This document shows, piece after piece, positions 39,323 through 52,100 of a stretch of DNA of 64,000 nucleotides (positions within the stretch are counted from its first letter, which is position 1; each line of letters opens with the position of its first letter). The stretch comes from Balanoglossus misakiensis (taxonomy: Eukaryota; Animalia; Hemichordata): assembly GCA_040954595.2 (NCBI GenBank), contig CM082596.2, forward strand, positions 8,569,124 to 8,633,123, given 5' to 3'. The notes under the pieces were generated by a model. It was given only the letters and a program-made list of their open reading frames with translations. It was not told the origin of the DNA and searched no databases. The position numbers were made by a program, and so were the translations under genes.

Positions 39323-40156
39323 TGTTATGTAGGTTAAGTTTGCTATTGTTTTCGTGACCATGTGTGTTTATCGTTTACTTTCGTAATTTGAATATTTACG
39401 TGACCAGGTGTGATGCATTCATTACTTTTCTCGTATAAAAGCGTGCACGTTGCCACGTTGTGCCGTCTCTGCTGATTTGGACTGGCCCGTGTGAGCTGTG
39501 TTCCGTTCCTCACCGGCTTGGAAGCTTTGCCGTATCTCGTGTTGTTGGTCTGGAAGTCGCGCCTAGAAGCCGTGCTGTCTCATATTGTACATGTACTGGT
39601 CTAGAAGTCGCTCCTAGAAGCCGTGCTGTCTCATGTGGAACTGGTCTGGAAGTCGCGCCTAGAAGCTGTGCTGTCTCGTGTGGAATTGGCCCGGAAGCCG
39701 TGCGGTCTACCGCTGGATTTTTGCCAGAGCGCTACTCGGACTGAACGTCGCCGTCGGAACTGTCGCGGTGTTGTCGCGTTCGTCGTAAGCTAGTGCTACG
39801 GAACATTGGACTTTAGTCTTTCATTTCCACACCTGGTCACATTTAACGTAGTCGCTTATTTGTGTGTGTGTTTTTCGGTGTAAAATCATTTTGACATTTA
39901 TCAATGCTTTAGTTGTATTAATTAAAAGTTTCCATAAGGGACCGTTCAGTTTTTACGGCAGGGGGGGGGGGGGCGGCAAGTTTGTGTCATCTGTTCTCAA
40001 AATCAGGCCGACCCCCCTTCACCCAGGACCAAAAAATGATGACCCCCCCTTTGACAGACCCAAAAATATGATGACCCCCCCCCCCCCACGCCCAAAACAT
40101 TCGCCGTCCTGATCCTATGTACACTGTATGCAATACAGGGAATGAGGCTCCTCACA
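39323..40156 (+). mobile_element. Solo-LTR-like element, copy 1
   Basis: cctc|TGTTATGTAG...CTCCTCACA; TATAAAA at ~39434; ATTAAA at 39921; internal ~45-bp repeats. Confidence 0.65.
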
Positions 40157-40161
40157 CCCTC

Positions 40162-40996
40162 TGTTATGTAGGTTAAGTTTGCTATTGTTTTCGTGACCAT
40201 GTGTGTTTATCGTTTACTTTCGTAATTTGAATATTTACGTGACCAGGTGTGATGCATTCATTACTTTTCTCGTATAAAAGCGTGCACGTTGCCACGTTGT
40301 GCCGTCTCTGCTGATTTGGACTGGCCCGTGTGAGCTGTGTTCCGTTCCTCACCGGCTTGGAAGCTTTGCCGTATCTCGTGTTGTTGGTCTGGAAGTCGCG
40401 CCTAGAAGCCGTGCTGTCTCATATTGTACATGTACTGGTCTAGAAGTCGCTCCTAGAAGCCGTGCTGTCTCATGTGGAACTGGTCTGGAAGTCGCGCCTA
40501 GAAGCTGTGCTGTCTCGTGTGGAATTGGCCCGGAAGCCGTGCGGTCTACCGCTGGATTTTTGCCAGAGCGCTACTCGGACTGAACGTCGCCGTCGGAACT
40601 GTCGCGGTGTTGTCGCGTTCGTCGTAAGCTAGTGCTACGGAACATTGGACTTTAGTCTTTCATTTCCACACCTGGTCACATTTAACGTAGTCGCTTATTT
40701 GTGTGTGTGTTTTTCGGTGTAAAATCATTTTGACATTTATCAATGCTTTAGTTGTATTAATTAAAAGTTTCCATAAGGGACCGTTCAGTTTTTACGGCAG
40801 GGGGGGGGGGGGGCGGCAAGTTTGTGTCATCTGTTCTCAAAATCAGGCCGACCCCCCTTCACCCAGGACCAAAAAATGATGACCCCCCCTTTGACAGACC
40901 CAAAAATATGATGACCCCCCCCCCCCCACGCCCAAAACATTCGCCGTCCTGATCCTATGTACACTGTATGCAATACAGGGAATGAGGCTCCTCACA
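40162..40996 (+). mobile_element. Solo-LTR-like element, copy 2 (tandem, virtually identical)
   Basis: TGTTATGTAG...CTCCTCACA|cctc; by eye identical to copy 1 except poly-G length; 4-bp CCTC flanks the pair. Confidence 0.65.
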
Positions 40997-41351
40997 CCTC
41001 AATTATATATTTCTTAAAGTATTATTGAAGTATATAATAGCATATCGTTCCAATCAAGAAATCTATGAACAAATTAAAATGACAAGTCAATACAATAGTT
41101 GCTAGAATTGGTAAAACAAGAAAAGTGGCGGGGGTGGGCGTGGGAGAAAATTTTGTAAAAATACGGTGCTCAAACTTGCATTTTAATGAACTCAAAAGCA
41201 AATTAACTCAATGTTAGGGAGGACAAATTTTAATTTTGCCACTCCACTCAAAGTAAGCATCGGGGGTGGGGTGGCAAGAAGTCTTCCCTGGTACACTAGA
41301 CAAACCAGTGAATAAATGCAATGTGGCGAAGAATGGAGGGGGTGGGTTTAA

Positions 41352-42081
41352 GGGAGCATTCGTTTTTTACAGGGAGGGGGGGCCGGTGGAATTTGAGTCG
41401 CCGACTAAATGTAAAAGGCAACCCCCCCTGGAAATTACTTTTCTAAAATGTGACCCCCCCCCCAAAAAAAAGTTTATCCACCGGATTAAACTTATCATGG
41501 ACACAGCGCTCCCATGAAAAGAATTTGAAACCGATGTTTCCCCTCATCAGTGGGTAGTAAAACTGAACATTGTTTTTATTTTTTAAGTATTTGTATTCTG
41601 TGTTGGGAGACATTGTAAACCGAGAATTGAAGGGGGTGGGTTTGGGAGGGGGTGTCCCCCTCCCACGTAAGAAAATTTTATAAAATACAGAGCTCAAAGC
41701 TGCATTTTAATGAACCCAGCAAAAGCAAATTAACGTCGCCGCTCAAAGTTATCATGGGGTGGGGGCAAGTCCCCTGACCTGGGACACTAGATAAACCAGT
41801 CAATGATTGAAAGGTGTTGATGAATGGAGGGGGTGGGTGTGGGAGGGGGTGTCCCCCTCCCACATTAGAAAATTTTGTAAAATAAAGGACGCGAAACTGC
41901 ATTTTTGTGGACTCAAAATAAATATTTAGCCGTCAAAGTTTTCAAGTCCCCCCCTTTCAGTCCCTATATAATAATCCCTTGATTATAAAATTTGTCCCCC
42001 CCTAAAAACTGCTTTGTAAAAGTAAACCCCCCCCCCTGATTTCCACCGCCCCCCCCCTCCCTGTAAAAAACGAATGCTCCC
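41352..42081. mobile_element. PIF/Harbinger-type MITE (TAA TSD)
   Basis: taa|GGGAGCATTCGTTTTTTACAGGGAGGGG...CCCTCCCTGTAAAAAACGAATGCTCCC|taa. Confidence 0.85.
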
Positions 42082-43161
42082 TAAAGTGTATGAACGAACC
42101 AAAGAGGGCGTCTCTGGGTTAATGTTTAACAGACTGGACGCGGGGATATGGTAGGAAGCAAGCTGGAGGCAGGATTTGGGACAGATCTTTCTCGGCTAAA
42201 AGTAAGTGCTTTCTTGATGAATTCTCTTAAAATTCTTGACAGATCTGGAAAATAAGTGCATGAGGAATCGTTTGAATTGGGTTTTTGAACAGCTTTCTGC
42301 AAAATAATAGTTTAAATTGTAAATCTGCTTGTGTTCAGAGGTCACCTAAGGTCACTTTAAGTGGCATTTTCAGTAGCTATTTCCTTGTAGAGAATTAGGA
42401 ATCAGGAAAACAAAAGTAGCGATAGAAAGGAAATATTATCGTTCTTAGTATTTTGGATTGTTCGGCTAAATGCACAGACTAGGCTGGAATCATTATGACA
42501 TCAGAAAGTACCTGAAATTTGTGATTGAACTCATTACAGTTCCGTACATAGCCATTAACCACTTGTGAATAACAGGTAGTCGTATTTTGCCAATCCCTCG
42601 GCAGTGTGTTTTGAGGAGTCCACACAGCTGAGGGAGAGGTTGGACTATGGACCTGTGCACATTCAGTGGATCAGTTGTTTTTTCCCAACAGCTGAGGGAG
42701 CTAGTACCGGTATATATAACCCGAGGCCTGACAAAATGCTTGGTCCATAGTTGCGTCAACCAATATAAACAATGAGAAAATTTTGCTACCCAATAATGCT
42801 AAATATAGAGCTGTCATGATTAGGAAAGTGTTACCATGGAACAATTTGGTTTGATTTTAATAATGACAAAATATTAATTTGGTCCTCAGTCACATTATGG
42901 TCAGGTAACAGTTCGAAAAGTTTATCAATGATGTGCTCCTAGTGTGTATCATTGATAAAATCATATGACTTTTTTATCCAAATTTTAAATTTTGATTTTG
43001 CTTAAGCTTCAGGTCAATCACCAATAATATAGCCATATGTCTGTACATTCTTTTTACAGGTGTAGTAGAATAAGATGTTATTTGAGCTGTAGTATATTAC
43101 TCCGATGAATCCATGTTAAAATGGCATCTTTGCAAGCAGACGACTGTCAAAGAACACATAC

Positions 43162-43771
43162 CAGGGGCGCGTTCGATTTGCACGATCATGATTGTGATTG
43201 GCCAATCGTGATCGTGATTACGCGTTCGAATACGCCCAATCATAATCATGATTGACAATCACAACAATCACGCCTCCGAGCGTGATTATTGTGATTACAC
43301 ACACACAAAAATGGCGGACGACGCAGCAGCCGGTACCGAAGCGGCGGTAATTTTAAAACTCCCAAGAGCCGTGTTTGACTTGTATTGCGATATATTTAGG
43401 CGAGGCAAGTTGTTAGACGCAAGTTGAATTATAAGTGCCATGTTTTATTTATATTATACTTCGTTTTTACCATGGATAAAAAAAAAAAAGTGTAAGGGCG
43501 CCAGTCCGCGGTCTGCCTATCTTATTCTACTGTACTGGGTTTAGGGAGAGTTCGCTCGGTAATTTCGATAACTGTTTTGTTTGTCAGTTTGTTTTTGTAT
43601 AACAAAAATTGAGTATTTTCAAACATTTTAATCGTAAAAGTACGCACCGACGCTGATGGCAGCCATTACATGTAAACATGATTACGCTATTCCGTTTTGT
43701 TTACAGCCTCGCTTTCAACAATGACGTCACGCCAATCACAATCATGATCGTGCAAATTGAATGCGCCCCTG
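43162..43771. mobile_element. MITE with ~40-bp TIRs, probably Harbinger-type
   Basis: tac|CAGGGGCGCGTTCGATTTGCACGATCATGATTGTGATTGGC...GCCAATCACAATCATGATCGTGCAAATTGAATGCGCCCCTG|tac. Confidence 0.75.
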
Positions 43772-43992
43772 TACAATGCCATACTTTGATCCTTTCAATT
43801 TGTATCTTATCAAACTGGCAGAAGATATTACCGAAGGTGTGTAGAACTTTGTTCATTTTGCTTTCAGAATTCATGGTGGAATTCAGTGATGGGGCTGTTT
43901 GTTCTCTTCCCTATGGATAATGATCCACTCAGGAGACATTGTGATTCCTACATCAGTGTATGACTGCAATTTCTCACGGCTAGATCCATTAA

Positions 43993-44300
43993 AGGGACAA
44001 AGTCTTTCTCTCGCTGCCCTTTTTCCATTAATTATGTTTGATACATGTGGATATATAGTGAATCTACCTTGACTACACACAACTTCCATCCTGTTTGTAG
44101 GATATGAGAGTGAACATTTTGCCAAAATGAATAAATGGTAAAGAGTGATTATTAATTTTGGCGAGTTTTTTTTCTCTTGTTTCTACAAGTGGGGTGGAAA
44201 CTGTGTGGTTGAACGTTGATTCACTATATATCAACATGTACATTAACATAAACAGTGTCTTGTATCAAACATAATTAATGGAAAAAGGGCAGGGAGAGAA
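43993..44300. mobile_element. Kolobok-type palindromic MITE copy, right end eroded
   Basis: ttaa|AGGGACAAAGTCTTTCTCTCGCTGCCC...GGAAAAAGGGCAGGGAGAGA. Confidence 0.75.
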
Positions 44301-44940
44301 ACTCAAATCACCAACTACCAACAGATTCTGTCTTGTGACGTGCTGGGAGTTTCACCTCGAGTCAAATTACTGATTCTGAAAATTAAAGTCTACCCCAGTA
44401 TATTTCACATAGTCTGTTGTATGACTCACCTTTTTTTTTTTACTCTGGAAAGGGAAATGTGTTATTGTTGATAAATTATTGAGTTATGGACAAGAAGTTA
44501 ACTTTAGATGGCCTTTCACAACACTGCTTGTCCGGGAAGGTAGATCGAAAGTGGATTGAATGCACAAAGCGTAGTCCCCCTCAGAAATCGCCCCAAAACA
44601 CAGAGAATATTGATATTAATAGGTAAAGAGAATAGCAGGTATGAATTTTGACATGGAATAGGTGGTATTGACGCCGATTTATTGATTAAATTTCGCCTTT
44701 ATTTGAGTGAAAACATCTTCGGAACTTTGAAATATACTTGTGTCGAAAGTAGATTTGATTTCATGACTTCCCACTTTTCTAAAGTCATAGGTGTAACAAC
44801 CCCCAAGCGACTGGTGTGTTATTTAATTACTGCCGCTGATCTGGTTATATTCTTTGATAGGTGAGACAGATGTATTAGTTCTGTTGGTCATCACTTTGAA
44901 GAACTTCCAAAGCTGAAGGCAGCTCAAAGATTATCCAAAG

Positions 44941-46114
44941 ATGGCAGATTTTGATTGGTTTAGGGAGTACCTTATAAGGCTGGCAGATGACATCGGAAAT
45001 GGTGAGTGTACATTTAATATTGTACATTTAACATTTGAATGTTTTTATCCCTGAGTGAATGGTGCTCTGGGACACTCATGAATGGATGTCTTAACCCATC
45101 AGTGTGCACGCCGTGGTTGTTCAGGGAATGTCTATAATTATGCAGTAGTTGCATCCACAGTCATCTCACATACAACCAGTGTTTCATCTAGACGATGGGG
45201 GGTATTAGATGGGGGGATTGACATGTTAACACCCCATAGCAATTTGTCTAGGGGGGACCAGTGCCCCTTAAAATGATGCCATTCACATGTTGGAGATATT
45301 ACAACCCCACTTGCCAGAGTGGAATCCCCCCAAAAAATTCTGGCAAAGGGGGACATATCCCCCCTGCTGATACCATCATGAGTGAAACACTGTACAACAG
45401 AGCTGATTTTATTCAAACTTGGCACAAAGACAATACATGTACATGATCATCCCATTTTCACTTTGAAATTTAAGACAGTGATCTACTGTACTTTTAACAT
45501 TTTTCTCAAAAGATTTCTTTCCAGAAAAATGTGTACGGTACTATAACTTTTTCTTTTTTCTGTTAAAGATGACCTGATTAAATTGGTAGATGGACTGGGT
45601 GCTATATTGAAACCTTCAATACCAACAGTTGTGAGGGAAGAAATTCTGAGAGAGAAACGTGCATACGTTTTACTTGACAAGTTGTGTAAATTTGGACATT
45701 TATCAAGAGACAAACCTGAAACACTTATTCAACTGTTGAAAAATGCCAGACTTTACGTGTTAGCACGGCATGTAGAAGTTCGATATGAGAAAGGATTTGA
45801 CAAAGACTATCCATATGATGAAGTGACAATTGAGTCTATGGTGAAAGTTGATAGCCCTCAAGAGATGAGTGACAGAAGTGGAGAGAGTTTCCACACATTC
45901 ACAACTGAGAGGACCTCAGCAGGACCACAGTTACCATCTACCAGTTGGCCAACATTCCCAACTGAGAGGACCTCAGCAGGACCACAGTTACCATCTCCCT
46001 CACAGCATCCAAGTCCCTCTAGAGAAGTGCAGCCAATGACATCAACTCGTCCCAAGATTCCAGCAGTGACAGCCACTCATTCCAAGACTCAAGTATACAC
46101 AACAGAATCTCATG
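44941..46114 (+). CDS. Death effector domain exons (44941-45001, 45569-46114) plus Ser/Thr/Pro linker
   Basis: MADFDWFREYLIRLADDIGNDDLIKLVDGL...EEILREKRAYVLLDKLCKFGHLSRDKPETLIQLLKNARLYVLARHVEVRY fits the six-helix DED pattern; 60-bp duplication TERTSAGPQLPS x2 at ~45904-45999. Confidence 0.7.
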
Positions 46115-49100
46115 GTAAGCGTATATCTCATGGTACCATACATTTTTATATACATTTTGTATTACACAAATACCCTTCAACCAGAATTAAATAATTATGA
46201 TTTTGAAAGAGATGAAATGATTGAACGAAATTGCATGTAGTCTATCTTCAGCTGGTCAAAGTGATTGTAACACATGTCATTTTGAGGTCATCTGACCCTT
46301 TGAAAAGTTATCAATTGTGCAGTTCAAATGCTCATGGTTAGATGCTGTCCTCATTAACGACACACCGTCCTACACAAGGCTTTGAATGATCTCATTTGTA
46401 ACCTCAAGGTAAAATGAAAATTTAATTTTGAAGAAAAACGGTGGTCATTGCAAGCATTTTGAGCAGTTGATCACTTACAATGCTTGTGGTAATTGAAATA
46501 TATTAGGAGTTAAACACACAGGTCAGAATGAATTCACCAATGTTTATCTTTCATATATACTTCAGGTTTTTCAGATGTTGGTGATGTTGCTGCTAGCAGT
46601 GCAGTTAGTTCAGCTGCAACACAGGCAGAGATGACGACAATGATGAAAGATCCAGAAGGTGAAACCACAAGTGTACGACACCACATCGACAGACATGCAC
46701 AATATTCCTTGACATCAAGACGACAGTCACCATCACCTAGGCAACAAACTGTTTTAGTAGGAAAGGACACTAATGAGAAAGGTAAAAAAATTACCAATCA
46801 GTCATTCCCAGGTGCAAGTATTGACAGCTACATGTTAAGTAATATGGAGAATTATCTTGCACCACCAGTGTGGGATGGGGATTTGTGGAAATGAAATTTT
46901 CACTACCAAATTTATGCACGATTTGAAAAAAAGGAAATTAAAGACAATGATCAAATTTCTTGCTTTTCTGTAACAAAATCTGCTTCTGTCATATCGCTGT
47001 GTTAGTGTGTGATTTCTTCACAAATAGGTTTACATTGCAAATCAATAAACACATCTTGTGTGCTCTTTTTTCAGATAAGGACCTCAAAAAGACCATCATA
47101 TTCCTGGCTGAAAAGTGGAATCGTGTGAAGGACACTGTATCTGCCCTCAACTGTCAACTTGCCAGCAGTGTAGCCGAAGACAGACAACGTAAAACATGCT
47201 GTGTTGTTTTGGAGGCAAGTGATGCAGAAAGGAAAGATGCAGCTGATTGTGGAGTTGAGTTGATACTTCCAAGTTTGAGAGACGAACTCGAGGATGCCTT
47301 TGGAAAAGATGAGCCCGTTCCAAAATGGATTCTTGTACCAGAGGTATACTTTACAACCCTTACAGAGTTACAAAATGTGGAATTCATTGTGGAACATGCC
47401 AAGCCTTCAGCAAAGCTCCTGGTTGCAAATGTTTTGAGGAAACGATATTTCAAAGATGCTAAGATTATCCTCATCAATCACACCATCCCATCAGTTGAAG
47501 TACAAGACAAACACATCAAATTTGCTGAGGAGGCATCTGCAGTTTTCTCTGTTGGACCAGATGTCTTTGAACATTACAAGAAATTCTACCAAACAAACGC
47601 AGTTCCTGTAAGACATGAGTTGTATCTTCCGAGACCAGAGAAAGAATTCTTTGATGTTAATGTGGATCAAATAGAAAAAACAAGTGACTTGAAACAAATC
47701 CTGACTGTGATAACTGATGAAGATGTGAAATCCCCACGATATAAAACACTGGCAGCTGAAGTTGGAAAAACAGCTAGTACATTCGACCAGATGCAAATGA
47801 CGGTTCCATTGTGGTGTGTACGTACTCCCCCGCAAGCTGATGTTGCTAACACAAATACTTTTCTTACAGTCAACTTAAATTGCCCCTACATAAAACCAAA
47901 CATTTATCCCTCATACGGCTCTCAAGATGATATTTACAGATATTTACGCCTGAGTAATGTCTGTATTATACCACCTGATGAGCCATTCAGGATGGAGGGA
48001 TTACGATCCATTGCTGCAGGACTACCTGTGTTAGTTCCGGAAAGAACTGCCTTAGCAACTTTCATGAACACATACCTAGGCCATGAAGCAAAGTATTTCC
48101 TGTATGACCCTTCCATTGATGGGAATTTGTCAGAACAGATCAATAAGATGTTGAACACAACACATGCAATACCCACGGCGACACGTTTGAAGAATATGTA
48201 TCTCAGTCACACAGAGATTACTGACAGTCATGAAAAGTTCAGAGCTTGTTTCAAAGAAGTTCAGAGTACACAGCCTGCACAAAGTAAGTATATTTCCTTT
48301 ACATTTACTGATCATAAGGTTAAAAGTCAGGCCATTGATTGAAAACAGTAGGATATCACAGATAAGCAAAATTTGAAGTTTCCTTCCAATATAATCTCAT
48401 TCATCTTAATTATTACAAGACTTCCTAGTATGAATTTTAGTCATTAGATTTTTTTGCTACTTTCTTCCTGTTCCAACACCTCAATTACCAGTTGAGGATG
48501 GAAAGACTATGGAGTGTAATTCATGCCAAAATTAGCACACAGCTTTTCGATGAGAGTATTCACTTTTCGATGAGAGTATTTGCGCTTTTCGATCAGAGTA
48601 TTCACTTTTCCATCAGAGCACACAGCTTTTCGATCAGAGTATTCGCTCTTTTCGATCAGAGTATTCACTTTTCCATCAGAGCACACAGCTTTTCGATCAG
48701 AGTTACCACCCCCACTTTACGATGAGGGCGCCCGCTTATTGATAAGAGCACCTAGCTTTTCGATTAGAACACCCAGCTTTTCTATCAGAGCGCTAAAGCT
48801 TTTCGATGAGGACGCACAGCTTTTCGATTAGAGTATGTCAGGTCTACTGGGGGTGAGCTTAGGGGGTCTTATAGCGGTGACCCGGAAGTTTAAAGTTTTG
48901 AAACTTTGACAGTGTGGACGCCCAATTTGTTTGCCGTCGACGCGTCGCGTCCTGGACGTAGCCCAGTGATCAAATGCACGGGTTGGATTTTACAAGAAAA
49001 TAACGTCATTTATTTTGCAAAGATCAACGTGAGTTCACTGCACAAAGTGGACCGTTGCCGACCCCCCCCCCCCCCCCCCCCCGTATCATCTCTTTCATCT

Positions 49101-52100
49101 TGTGTCCGGCCGCACTTGCGTTTGTGTGTCTCTGGGGACGCCAAGAATGCATATGCGTCTTTTTCTAATTTGAATATTTTGAATGGGTTAATTTAATGCT
49201 TACAAATTGATACATTTTAGGTCTGCTTCGACTGGAACGCGTCAAGTGTACATGTTGTTATGGAAGTTTATTTTAGAACCGCGTGGCTTGCCCTTCAAAA
49301 AAAAGCTTCTGTATTTAAGGTTGACAATTTACTTGCCGTGTATCATTATATAGTTGCTCCGGGCAATCGGGCGAAGCTTAATTTCGAACCCTGTTAAATA
49401 AATATACAAAACTCTTAAGCCCTAGTAACTAACTTTTAGCGATTTTTCAACTGTTTTTTTTCTTTAAGAATTTTTTGTTCTTCGCACAAACGATTCATGC
49501 CAAACTGCTACAGTGAATATACGCGCGCGCACAACGAAACCACAAAAGATCGAAACTTCAAAATGCGGCAGCAACTGACACTATTTCCTTAAATACCACA
49601 AGGCGAGGAGGCATGAATTGCAATTAAGATAATGAAGAAATTTCGACAATGATACTGTGTTGTGTGAGTTACATGTGTTTCTATATATACCTACTACTCT
49701 TACCCCCATCAGTGTTTGACCCTCGAAAGCTTACAGACACTACTGCTTTGTTTCAACTAATCCTTCGCCCTGTGAATATACTCGTACATTGACCTTTTGG
49801 GGCGGGATTCTTTTTTGGCGCGCAACCACTAGTACCAGGCCGCAGACCAGGAACTGGCGACCCGCCGTTTGTTTCCAACGCCAAATTTGATTCTAATGTT
49901 GAATTTCCGAGAAAACAATTTATCTGACCTGTAGTTTTCTTGGCTCGCTTACGTTTTAATTTGGAAACATTTAAAAAAATCATACGCCACCGTCTTGATG
50001 ACTGGCCCCTATTTTAATAATGGTATCGCCATGTTTCGCAAAGTTAGCTCAGATTCCATGAACTCGAGATTCTGTGCTATTTTCCTCAATCTACTGGCCG
50101 GTTTTGGTTCTCTGCTGAACCACTTCTCCGGCCTGGCGTCAACACGGTGAACGGTTCGTGTTTTGAAGCCGTTTCCCATGCACATGGTCAAAGTTTGACC
50201 TTCCGGTTTACTGATCTCCCTAGCATATTACTATAAATTTGATGGAAATTCCAGTGACGCGTTGTGACGTAGCCATGACGCGTTGTGACGTAGGCAAAAC
50301 GCCAGCGGGCCAAGTTGTAAAAACTCTTCAGTGAACTAGGGCGTCTGGGGCGCTCTTTAATCGAAAAGAGGGTGTTCTCATCGAAAAGTGAATACTGTAA
50401 TCGAAAAGCTGAGGTACTCTCATCGAAAAGAGGGGCGCTCTTTAATCGAAAAGAGGGTGTTCTCATCGAAAAGTGAATACTGTAATCGAAAAGCTGAGGT
50501 ACTCTCATCGAAAAGAGGGGCGCTCTTTAATCGAAAAGAGGGTGTTCTCATCGAAAAGTGAATACTGTAATCGAAAAGCTGAGGTACTCTCATCGAAAAG
50601 CGGGTGCTCTCATCGAAAAGCTTGGTGCTAATTTTGGCATGAATTACACTCCATAAAAGACTCCCTCAACTCGTGAAGATTTTGCAACTTTTGAAGGTGG
50701 CCAGCCTTCCCAGTCACTCTCACCCAAACCAGAAAACCTGGGTATAAGTAGAGTTTAAGCTTTAACTTTTCACTTGACTTTTATCAAAGATGTTGGCACC
50801 CTGTGTGATTAAGTTAACGACCATACCTCTGATGGTATGTACCCAATTATATCTATATGATAACCTCATATTGATAATGTTGACAGCTGACTTACAGTCC
50901 AGACTTTAATTAAAATTTGTCAACAATAACGATGTTGAGTGTAAATTTGCATAAGCTTTGTGTTGGGCATTACATCATGATTGGAGTAGAATAAAAAACT
51001 GCAGATGATACAAAAATAGTGTAAAATAACCACAAGATACGGTACTATCAGAACTGAAGTGGTAGAAATGGGTGCATATCAGATTTCATATGTTTGATTG
51101 ATAATTTGAAAACAACTAAAGAAAAGATATAACTACAGAAAAAGGTGTTTTCATGAACTAAAGAAATAAAAACTAGTGTGTTTTTGCTAGTAATTTGTAC
51201 ATCTTGATATTTTAATTAATTAATTGAGTTGAAGCGATTTATAGTGCAAATGTCAGTCATTTACATTTTTTTTTCTGTTTGCTAGTTACAAGTCCCCAAA
51301 CTGCTACCCATAGTGGAAGGAGTCCTTCAACTGATGAAGGTGTAGGAACTTTAGAAAATGCCTGTTCTCCTCAGCCACAAAAAAATGGTAAGTAGAGTTG
51401 GGATTACTTAGTTTAATATGCATTACGGTAGTTTCTGAAGTGAAAAAAATACACACCTATTTTCACTGAACTGCTCTTATTTAAAAATTTAAACTTTTCT
51501 CTTACAGGCGGTCCAGAATCTGCTGTTGTTTCAGATGAGAAACCAACAAGTGAAACTTGTAAATCAAAATGGATACGACGGAAAAGGCCTTTAATGCCAA
51601 GTAAGTTGTATTTTCTTCAGTTCTGCAGTAAGCTTCTTCATGATTTCACCACAAAATCTAGTTTTACAAAATCCATTCCTTTTTACATATTACATATTAT
51701 CCAATGATCCTGAACACCATAGGTTCTAGGGCAGTCACCCCCTGGACATTTCATACCCACAAAAAGCTTACTCTAATCCTACCCCATAACGCTGATTGAT
51801 TGAAATTTCCAGTTGGTGTGTTCAGTGGGTAACCAAATTATATTACGTCAACTGCTCTAAACACACGAGATAACTGAGCATTGAAATTAACATCAACTGA
51901 CGCTTCATGTTTCGTTTTACTATCATCTGCATTGATATTTCATTGCTATTTCCAGTAGGATAAATATATAATAATCTTTTAGGAGAAAACCTAAATTAAT
52001 GCTGAACTGTTTCACTGTTTATTCAACCCATAGCTGTTCAGTGTGAAGTAAATCTGGAATTTGAAGAAAAAAAGATGAAGATGGATATGGAGATGGAAAA

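Noticed and set aside
39460-40583. Two identical 94-aa ORFs
   Set aside because: Arise from internal repeats of the duplicated LTR-like element; non-ATG start, no domain
48543-48830. Short regularly spaced TTTTCGAT repeats as CRISPR or coding ORFs
   Set aside because: No unique spacers; mirrored at 50360-50620 as subterminal repeats of one transposon
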